DNA from: a virus
DNA length: 45,930 nt
Direction: 5' to 3' (one strand)
Virus record (IMG/VR): IMGVR_UViG_3300025600_000009
Positions 15,923 to 23,017 of this stretch are shown here, one piece after another. A program made the position numbers and the translations under genes. The stretch's first letter is position 1. Each line of letters opens with the position of its first letter. The notes below the pieces were generated by a model. That model was not told the origin of the DNA and made no database searches. It saw nothing but the letters and a program-made list of their open reading frames with translations.

Positions 15923-17228
15923 CTGTATAATCCTTTCGCATTTCTAAGGTTTGAAGAATATCTTCTTCAATGCTGCCTTTGCATATTAATAAATAGTAGA
16001 AGCAGTTATTGGTTTGACCGATCCTGTGAATTCTTTTCTTGCTCTGTTCAAAGAGTTCACTTTTTTCAGTCAGGGTGAAGTATATGATCTTATTTGACTT
16101 TTGAAGGTTCAATCCCATTGCACCTGCCTGATACTGAATGAAGGTGATGGAATTATCTTCTGCATCATAGTTGGAAAGATCTTTGACTTGTCCACTTATT
16201 TCTGAAATAGGTTTTTCCAATCTCAATGCAATTTTTTTCAATGCAGCCAGTTCTTCATTGAAGTTATAAAAAACAATCAGTCTATCTTTTGTACTGGATG
16301 TTAAATCTTCAAAGGTTTTCAGCTTTTCTTTGTTGTACTGACCACACAACATCCTGGAATATAACCGCTTTGTCAATGTACTGTCACCGATCAGTTCAAC
16401 CCTTGGTGTGACATCCTGCCCACTGAAATCACTATCATCTTTGAATTCAACCAGGTTCATTGTGTCAATCGTGATGATTGAATTCTTTTGGAATTTCCTA
16501 TATTCTTTACTTGTCTTGATCTTCACTGGAATGATCGTTTGTTCAGGAAGATCAAAACATTCTTCTGTTTTCAGGAATACTGCACCATGATCACGCAGCT
16601 TTTGTTTCAGCCTGTCCACATTCTTGTATGGTTCATCTTTGTCAACAATCCACATTGGAAACCCACCAACATCAATCTTGTTCCAGTTCACATATTGTTT
16701 GTTGTATAGATCTTTGCTGATGTTCCATCCAATCAGGTGAATCTGTGACCATAGGTTTTCATACTTACCTGATGTTGGTGTTCCTGAAAGCAGGATCACA
16801 TTGTCAGGTTTCATTTGAAGCACAAATTTTGACCGCTTTGCATCTTCATTCTGTATCATGGAACTTTCATCCAGGATCATTGTGAAATGCTCTAATTGAA
16901 GGAAATATGACCTTCTGAATAGCAAATCATAGTTCACAACCAGGATGCACTTGCTGATGTCATTTTTGTTTTCCATGTAATACTTTGAAGCAGCTTTGGA
17001 TGTCATATCAACCACCACATATTGTGGATAATGGGTTTCAAAGTGTTCAATCCATGTTGGGATCAATGACTTCTGACATACCAGGATGTTGACTGCTGTT
17101 TCAAGGTGCATCATTTTTTCAGATCCAACAAATGTCTTTCCAAGTCCCATGTCCAGGTAGTATGCAACCCTTTTAAAATCCTTTGTTTGATCCAGTGCTT
17201 GTGCCTGGTGTGGATAAAGCTGCATCAT
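15882..17228 (-). CDS. SNF2-family helicase
   Basis: 448 aa. Motifs GLGKT, ILDESS, LSGTP, GAMGLNLQ, RIHRIGQ. Confidence 0.85.
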   Translation of the reverse strand: MMQLYPHQAQALDQTKDFKRVAYYLDMGLGKTFVGSEKMMHLETAVNILVCQKSLIPTWIEHFETHYPQYVVVDMTSKAASKYYMENKNDISKCILVVNYDLLFRRSYFLQLEHFTMILDESSMIQNEDAKRSKFVLQMKPDNVILLSGTPTSGKYENLWSQIHLIGWNISKDLYNKQYVNWNKIDVGGFPMWIVDKDEPYKNVDRLKQKLRDHGAVFLKTEECFDLPEQTIIPVKIKTSKEYRKFQKNSIITIDTMNLVEFKDDSDFSGQDVTPRVELIGDSTLTKRLYSRMLCGQYNKEKLKTFEDLTSSTKDRLIVFYNFNEELAALKKIALRLEKPISEISGQVKDLSNYDAEDNSITFIQYQAGAMGLNLQKSNKIIYFTLTEKSELFEQSKKRIHRIGQTNNCFYYLLICKGSIEEDILQTLEMRKDYTDELFNEFEKQAKV

Positions 17229-17245
17229 TCATCACCATCCTTTCT

Positions 17246-18115
17246 TTATGCCTTGATGCCAGTGATCTTCAAGAATTTATCTGCATCAAAGTTTGGAATA
17301 TTTCTGATGATGTTTTTGTTTCTTTCTGACATACCATTCCACCATTCAGTGCAGCAATCTGTGTTGTCACGAATCTTCAAATATCCACCAGTTGTTTCAT
17401 GTTCAGGATGATCAGCCTTTTCAGAATCAGTCATTTCATTTGTCCATATCCAGTCAGCAGGTCTGAAATCAATCTGATTCAGAAGGTATCTTGCATCTGA
17501 ATTCTGCCATTGATCAAATGTCATGTCTGCTTCCTGATCAAAGAATTTCAACTTCTGACTTTCAGTGTTGAAACAACCCATGGTTTGGGAAGCTTTGTTC
17601 CAATCACCGCTGTTCCGATTACCGCTGTTCCGATTACCGCTGTTCCGATTACCGCTGTTCCAATCACCGCTGTTCCGATTACCGCTGTTCCGATTACCGC
17701 TGTTCCGATTACCGCTGTTCCAATCACCGCTGTTGCAATCACCGCTGTTCCGATTACCGCTGTTGCAATCACCGCTGTTCCAATCACCGCTGTTGCAAAG
17801 ACCAGTGCAGGCTTTCCCTATATTGACCAGGGTCAGAACTTCCTGCCATGTGATTTCCCTTACAATTTGGATCTTGTTAGTGCAGCATTTGTCACCTTCT
17901 TCTGAAACTTCACCAAGTGTGAGAATTTCAGCAACTTTATTGTTAGGATCAAATCCATAATAGTTGAAACAATCTTTTGCTTCCTTGCAGAAGTGAAACC
18001 CTCTATCACATACACTTGGGTTGACCTTTTCTTCATAAGTCTGACCAATTTGATATTGAAACCCCCTACATGTCCAATCAGGGTTGAAAACTTTGAATCC
18101 CTTTATAGCTTCCAT
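17246..18115 (-). CDS. Pentapeptide-repeat protein with a conserved phage N-terminal domain
   Basis: 289 aa. N-terminus FKVFNPDWTCRGFQYQIGQTYEE...CDRGFHFC, then 13 NSG(D/N)(W/R/C) pentapeptides. Confidence 0.8.
   Translation of the reverse strand: MEAIKGFKVFNPDWTCRGFQYQIGQTYEEKVNPSVCDRGFHFCKEAKDCFNYYGFDPNNKVAEILTLGEVSEEGDKCCTNKIQIVREITWQEVLTLVNIGKACTGLCNSGDWNSGDCNSGNRNSGDCNSGDWNSGNRNSGNRNSGNRNSGDWNSGNRNSGNRNSGNRNSGDWNKASQTMGCFNTESQKLKFFDQEADMTFDQWQNSDARYLLNQIDFRPADWIWTNEMTDSEKADHPEHETTGGYLKIRDNTDCCTEWWNGMSERNKNIIRNIPNFDADKFLKITGIKA
17597..17791. repeat. 13 x 15-bp tandem repeat encoding the pentapeptide repeats, with a 60-bp higher-order unit duplicated exactly
   Basis: Units are gttccaatcaccgct, gttccgattaccgct or gttgcaatcaccgct. 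17597-17656 equals 17657-17716. Confidence 0.9.
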
Positions 18116-18138
18116 TTACATTTCCATCCTTTCTATTT

Positions 18139-19182
18139 TTAAATAAATAATTGTCCATCAGTATTAAATATTTGATAAAGAAGTTCTTCTGCAACATCAA
18201 CAACAATGCTATTTCCTGCCATTGTGTAAAGTTCAGTGCTTGTGAACTTTCCTTCAACCTTTTGAAATTCTTCTTCCTTGAAACCCATTAATAAGAAGCA
18301 TTCTTTTTCTGTAAGATTTCTTAAATCTCCATCATTTGTTCTTTTTAGTTCAAGTTTCTTTTTATAATCTGAAACTGTTATTGGACCTGGTTCAGAAACG
18401 CTTATTATGTTTGAAACACCAGCTCTTTGACCTTTTATTCCCCTAACTGAAAGGGTATGGGCAATAATTGGATTGATGAAATCATTGTTTGCTCTACCTT
18501 CCCATTTTGTACCTGCTTGTTTTTCTTCTAAATCAAGAACATAAGCGAACATCTTATCTGAAAGAAAATATCTTTCATCAACTTGGTTTTCAAGAAAATC
18601 TTTCATTTGAAGTCTTAATTCAAAAGGTTTTGGAAACTTAAATTTATGATGATCAAGATCTTTTCTTATTGAAACGATAAAGACCCTTTCTCTACTTTGG
18701 GGAACACCACATTGGTTTGCTTTCAAAATCGACCAGTAATTGTTGTACCCTGCATCATTTAATTCTGAAAGGATCATTGCAAATTCATTTTTGAACTTGT
18801 TTTGAACTAATGCTTTCACATTTTCAGCAATAGCAACCTTTGGTTGTGTTTCTTTAATTATTCTTAAAGCATCAAAGAATAGTCCACTTCTTGTCTTGTT
18901 TCCTTCTTCATCCTCAAAACCTTTCTGTTGACCTGCAACACTTATGTCCTGACAAGGAAACCCATATGTGATCAAATCAATTGGTAGTGGGATATTTGTT
19001 TCATTAACTTGTTCAATATCACCATAATTCAAATTTTCATCTACCGAATGCATTAATGAATATGCTTTACTTGGAGCTGGTGCATTTTCACAATAACCAA
19101 CCAAGTTATATTTAATTTCAAGATTTTTAAGTGCAGATTCAAATGCACCAATACCACTAAACAAACTTAAAAAATTTATCAC
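18139..19182 (-). CDS. DNA (cytosine-5)-methyltransferase, orphan
   Basis: 347 aa. Motif I FSGIGAF, IV GFPCQDIS, VI ENV, VIII QSRERVFIV, X GNSIVV. No adjacent restriction endonuclease gene. Confidence 0.9.
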   Translation of the reverse strand: MINFLSLFSGIGAFESALKNLEIKYNLVGYCENAPAPSKAYSLMHSVDENLNYGDIEQVNETNIPLPIDLITYGFPCQDISVAGQQKGFEDEEGNKTRSGLFFDALRIIKETQPKVAIAENVKALVQNKFKNEFAMILSELNDAGYNNYWSILKANQCGVPQSRERVFIVSIRKDLDHHKFKFPKPFELRLQMKDFLENQVDERYFLSDKMFAYVLDLEEKQAGTKWEGRANNDFINPIIAHTLSVRGIKGQRAGVSNIISVSEPGPITVSDYKKKLELKRTNDGDLRNLTEKECFLLMGFKEEEFQKVEGKFTSTELYTMAGNSIVVDVAEELLYQIFNTDGQLFI

Positions 19183-19276
19183 GTTGCATTTTCACATCCT
19201 TTCGTGTATAATCAGTTAAATAAATATTTTTGTAATCGCACCATTTGGAACTGCAATTCCTTTTGGTGTTTTTCGT

Positions 19277-19693
19277 TTATGCACCAATGTATTCATTTAG
19301 CAGCTTGGGTGAAATGTGATATGAATATCTGCTTGAAAGCTTCACTGCAAATCCAAATTTAACAATTCCCCTTTGAAGTGCCACCCTGATGAACTGTTCT
19401 GACTTATCAAGTCTTTTCGCTGCTTCTTTTATTGGAACATTCTTCAAACCTTGTGGATCATCAGTTGCATCACTGCATGTGGTCAATCCATTTAAGAAAG
19501 CAGGTGAAACATCAAGTGCTTCTGCAATCTTTTCTGTTGCCTTTGCTTTTGGTTCATTCTTGCCTGATAGATACTGACTAATTGAAGATTTTCCAATCCC
19601 GGTCAAAGCTGAAAGTTCAGCTTGTGACATGTTCCTTTCTTCCATTGCTTGTTTCAAATTATCTGAATAACTCATTTTCAACCATCCTTTCAT
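19277..19693 (-). CDS. XRE-family HTH regulator with a C-terminal extension
   Basis: 138 aa. LKQAMEERNMSQAELSALTGIGKSSISQYLSGKNEPK is a classic XRE HTH. Confidence 0.75.
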   Translation of the reverse strand: MKGWLKMSYSDNLKQAMEERNMSQAELSALTGIGKSSISQYLSGKNEPKAKATEKIAEALDVSPAFLNGLTTCSDATDDPQGLKNVPIKEAAKRLDKSEQFIRVALQRGIVKFGFAVKLSSRYSYHISPKLLNEYIGA

Positions 19694-19860
19694 TTCATTT
19701 TGTTATTGTTGTAAGGTCTTTTGACATGAAGGTTGTATTTTTGATCTTCAAAGCTTTCAACAACCTTCACATCCTTTGTTTTTCTAATGAAATCCTTTCT
19801 TTCTTCTTCTGAATCGAATTCAATAATCTGTTCGATCCAACCAAATAAGATCTTCTTCAT
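19690..19860 (-). CDS. Possible 56-aa acidic protein, first gene after cro (below the ORF-track cutoff)
   Basis: ATG at 19860. Translation MKKILFGWIEQIIEFDSEEERKDF... The stop overlaps the start of the HTH gene (ATGAAATGA). Confidence 0.4.
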   Translation of the reverse strand: MKKILFGWIEQIIEFDSEEERKDFIRKTKDVKVVESFEDQKYNLHVKRPYNNNKMK

Positions 19861-19875
19861 CACTTCACCTTCTTT

Positions 19876-20067
19876 TTAATTTTCTTCTAAAAAATAATCA
19901 ACAGTAACACCAAAAAAATTTGCTATTTTCTGCAATTTATCAATTTTAGGTGTGTAATTACCGTTCTTCCATTCTGATAAAGTTGATGTTGCTATACCTA
20001 TTTCCTTAGATACTTGATATGCAGTCATGTTATTCTTTTCCAATAATTCAGCAAATTTTTTATACAT
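19876..20067 (-). CDS. Cro-like XRE HTH repressor
   Basis: 63 aa single HTH domain, divergent from cI. About half of its residues are identical to the cI N-terminal 60 aa by eye. Confidence 0.8.
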   Translation of the reverse strand: MYKKFAELLEKNNMTAYQVSKEIGIATSTLSEWKNGNYTPKIDKLQKIANFFGVTVDYFLEEN

Positions 20068-20095
20068 AATATTCCTCTCCTTTCATATAAATATA

Positions 20096-20124
20096 TTGAC
20101 ACTACCTAAGATTTCTTATATAAT
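20096..20124 (+). promoter_or_regulatory. Sigma-70-type promoter facing cI: TTGACA, 17 nt, TATAAT
   Basis: -35 at 20096-20101 and -10 at 20119-20124. The spacer contains the palindrome taagatttctta. Confidence 0.6.
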
Positions 20125-20199
20125 ACAAGTGTCACCTTAAATAAATAAGAAACCGTAGGCAATGTGCTTGTGTAACTAACTTTTCTTAGCTACAATCAA

Positions 20200-20228
20200 A
20201 GTATAGCATAGCTTTCTTAGCGTGTCAA
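20200..20228 (-). promoter_or_regulatory. Sigma-70-type promoter facing cro: TTGACA, 17 nt, TATACT
   Basis: Minus strand: -35 at 20228-20223 and -10 at 20205-20200. The spacer contains a TTTCTTAG box. Flanked by the 14-bp inverted repeat 20176-20189 / 20239-20252. Confidence 0.55.
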
Positions 20229-20285
20229 TAAAAATATCTAAGAAAAGTTAGACATTTTTATTAAGGGTTTCAGAAAGGAAAAACT

Positions 20286-20945
20286 ATGTATGAAATATTT
20301 GAAAATCTATTGAACGAAAAAGGCATTACCACTTATCAGTTAGCCAAAGAAACTGGAATTTCTACTGCCACATTTTCAAACTGGAAGAATGGGAAATACA
20401 AACCTAAAGATGAAAAATTGCAGATCTTAGCAGATTATTTTGGTGTAACCCTTGAATATCTGAAAGGATCAACAAAATTTAATACCAAGGAAGAAGAACT
20501 TGCCAATATAATAAAAGAAGCAAAATATTGTGGTGGACTTAAAAAAGTCAAGTCCGTTCAAATTCCAGTTTTGGGGAAGGTTGTGGCAGGAATACCATTA
20601 GAAGCAATCGAAGAAATACTTGATTATGAAGAAATACCAGAAGAAATGACACTATTGGGACAATACTTTGCTTTGAAAGTGCAAGGTGATTCCATGCAAC
20701 CAAGGATTTGTGAAGATGATGTCCTGATAGTAAGAAAGCAAAGCACCGCAGAATCAGGTGAAATTGTTATCGCATTAGTGAATGGACATGATGCTACTTG
20801 TAAAAAATTGATTAAGCACCAAGAAGGCATAAGCCTTGTATCATTCAATTCTGCATTTGAACCAATGTACTTTTCAAATAAGGATATTATTGAAATGCCT
20901 GTGCATATCATTGGAAAAGTCATTGAAAACAGACAAAAGTATTAA
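20286..20945 (+). CDS. CI-like repressor: XRE HTH plus S24 LexA-type autopeptidase
   Basis: 219 aa. N-terminal HTH. C-terminal GDSMQP (catalytic Ser) and TCKKL (Lys), typical of RecA-stimulated self-cleaving repressors. Confidence 0.9.
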   Translation: MYEIFENLLNEKGITTYQLAKETGISTATFSNWKNGKYKPKDEKLQILADYFGVTLEYLKGSTKFNTKEEELANIIKEAKYCGGLKKVKSVQIPVLGKVVAGIPLEAIEEILDYEEIPEEMTLLGQYFALKVQGDSMQPRICEDDVLIVRKQSTAESGEIVIALVNGHDATCKKLIKHQEGISLVSFNSAFEPMYFSNKDIIEMPVHIIGKVIENRQKY

Positions 20946-21226
20946 GGGTTCAAGATAAAGTTCCAGGTGGTTCAATGTAAAGTTCAAGGTAAAAGCATTG
21001 ATATTGCTGAAAAGTTCAAGGGGTTCAATGTTACTGTGATTTATAAGTAATTAATAAAAAAATTTATAATTTACTTATATACTCTTAAAATAAATCTATA
21101 ATAGGGAAGTCACCTTGAACCTTGAACCGCTGACAATAAAAAAGAACCGCAAACCCTTGAAAATACAAGGTTGTCAGCGGTTCAAGGTAAGGGTTCATGG
21201 TTCAAGGTCAAAATTAGAAAGGAAAG
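20946..21226. promoter_or_regulatory. Iteron-rich regulatory region B, an inverted diverged copy of region A: about 10 boxes, 55-bp identical core 21076-21130, TATAAT at 21097-21102
   Basis: Boxes at about 20947, 20969, 20982, 21014, 21022, 21113-21121, 21120-21128, 21179-21187, 21192 (degenerate) and 21199-21207. 18-bp perfect inverted repeat 21119-21136 / 21171-21188. Confidence 0.8.
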
Positions 21227-21688
21227 GTGAATATTATGTTTGGAAAGAAAAAAGAAGATCAGAAAGTTTTACTTGGAAATTTGGTTGAAGGTTTACCAGT
21301 ACATGAAGGAATGGATCTTATTGTGAAGATGACACCTGATGGTGCAGCAATCATGATCCCAAGCAGCAAACAAAATTTTGATATTAACATTTCAAAATTA
21401 ACATCAGTTGAATCCTATTCTGAAACTGATGTTGAAAAGATCATCAGTCAGTCTGCCCCGGGAATGATTATTGGTGCTGCTGCATTTGGAATTCTTGGTG
21501 CAATGGTTGGTGGAAGGGTCAAGACTAAAGATAAGAAAGTGGTCACATACTTTGCTGTGATCAATTATGAATCTGATGGTAAGAAGCAAATTGTCATTGA
21601 AACAAAGGATTTCTTTGGTGCAGGTCAATTTGTTGATTATTTTAAGAAGTTGAAACCTTCCTTTGAACCAAGTTCAATTTCATTGTAA
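21227..21688 (+). CDS. Lysogeny-module membrane-associated hypothetical protein (moron candidate)
   Basis: 153 aa. AAAGGTGA ribosome-binding site. Gly/Ala-rich hydrophobic segment PGMIIGAAAFGILGAMVGG. Lies between cI and int. Confidence 0.6.
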   Translation: MNIMFGKKKEDQKVLLGNLVEGLPVHEGMDLIVKMTPDGAAIMIPSSKQNFDINISKLTSVESYSETDVEKIISQSAPGMIIGAAAFGILGAMVGGRVKTKDKKVVTYFAVINYESDGKKQIVIETKDFFGAGQFVDYFKKLKPSFEPSSISL

Positions 21689-21818
21689 ACAAAAAAATAA
21701 GACCCCTGGTGCAGCGAACACCAAGGATCTAAGTTGTAACCAAATCAGGGTTGAATGGTCACATTTGTCAGTAAAATTATATCATTTCAACCCTTGAAAT
21801 ACAAGGGGATGATTAAAA

Positions 21819-22835
21819 ATGAAAAATCCAAATGGATATGGAACTGTTGTCAAATTATCAGGTAATAGAAGAAACCCTTTTGCAGTTAGAAAAACAATAG
21901 GATGGAATGACAAAGGTCATCCAATATTTCTTCCCATTGGATATGCTGCAAGCAGGGAAAATGGAATGATTATGCTTGCTGAATACAATAAGTCACCTTG
22001 GGATATAGATGCAGAAAAGACCACCCTGGAAAGCCTGTTTGATCTATTCAAAGAAAAGAAGATGCTTAAAATGGGAAAGTCAACAAAAGGATCACTGACT
22101 GCTGCATTCAAGCATTGTTCCAAAATCAAGAAAATGAAATACAAAGACATGAAGTCCTTTCACATGCAGGATGTCATTGATAATTGTGGATGTGGGTATT
22201 CAACACAATGGGCAATCAAGAACCTATTTGGACACCTGGACAATTTTGCACTTGAAATTGATGTGATCAACAAATCATATGCAGTTTTGACAACAGCAGA
22301 ACCGATCCCTGAAACAAAGAAGCTGCCATTCACTGATGAAGAAGTGGATCAGGTATGGAAGATCAAAGATGATCCTTGGGTTGATTCAGTCCTGGTGTTT
22401 TTATACACTGGATTCAGGATCAGTGAATTGTTGGATATTAAAACAGTAAATGTGGATCTTGAAGCAAGAACCATTCAAGGTGGTACAAAGACCAAAGCAG
22501 GAAAAGACAGAATCATTCCGATCCATCCAAAGATCTTTGAAATTATTCAGAAAAGGGTTGATGAAGGAAATGCATATTTGTTCACCCTGGAAGGAAAGAA
22601 ATTGACCAGTTCAAAGTATTATGAGTTTTGGAATGTGATCATGGATGAACTAAAATTGAACCATACACCACATGAATGCAGACACACTTTCAGATCAAGA
22701 TTAGATTCAGCAGGTGCAAACAAAGTGTGCATTGACCTGATGATGGGACATAAATCAAAGGAAGTTGGGGAAAGAATTTACACACATAAGAAGCTTGAAG
22801 AATTGAAGTTTGCAATTGAACTAATATCACGTTAG
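21819..22835 (+). CDS. int: Tyrosine integrase with AP2-like N-terminal DNA-binding domain
   Basis: 338 aa. N-terminus GYGTVVKLSGNRRNPFAVRK. Catalytic region TGFRISE...HECRHTFRS...MGH...IYTH (R, HxxR, H, Y). Confidence 0.9.
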   Translation: MKNPNGYGTVVKLSGNRRNPFAVRKTIGWNDKGHPIFLPIGYAASRENGMIMLAEYNKSPWDIDAEKTTLESLFDLFKEKKMLKMGKSTKGSLTAAFKHCSKIKKMKYKDMKSFHMQDVIDNCGCGYSTQWAIKNLFGHLDNFALEIDVINKSYAVLTTAEPIPETKKLPFTDEEVDQVWKIKDDPWVDSVLVFLYTGFRISELLDIKTVNVDLEARTIQGGTKTKAGKDRIIPIHPKIFEIIQKRVDEGNAYLFTLEGKKLTSSKYYEFWNVIMDELKLNHTPHECRHTFRSRLDSAGANKVCIDLMMGHKSKEVGERIYTHKKLEELKFAIELISR

Positions 22836-22844
22836 TAACAAAAA

Positions 22845-22881
22845 ATGCCCCAAGCCTTGAAAAATCAAGCACTTGGGGCAT
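22845..22881 (-). terminator. Strong hairpin terminator at the int/lysin convergence point
   Basis: atgccccaag pairs with cttggggcat (10 bp), with an inner cttga/tcaag stem. On the minus strand it is followed by TTTTTGTT. Confidence 0.6.
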
Positions 22882-23017
22882 TAAAAAATATATTATATCA
22901 TAGATTTGTTCAAAAGTACACTGCTTACAATGCTGATGGTTCAAGGGTTTGTTCATTTTTAATGAACTATGATTTCACCTTAAAATGGGTGCGTTAGTAA
23001 CAAGATAGTAACACATT

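Noticed and set aside
17597-17791. Possible CRISPR array
   Set aside because: The units are contiguous 15-bp tandem repeats with no unique spacers, and they lie inside an ORF. This is not CRISPR architecture.
17510-17960. Long plus-strand ORFs with PITAV / PLFRL repeats, and a minus-strand alternative-frame ORF (17548-17787)
   Set aside because: They are alternative-frame readings of the 15-bp tandem repeat. Only the NSGxx frame is continuous with flanking non-repetitive coding sequence and fits the operon strand.
22836-23017. Assigning an exact attP core
   Set aside because: Only the interval can be inferred from the int/lysin layout. Without attB, attL or attR sequences, any specific core would be a guess.
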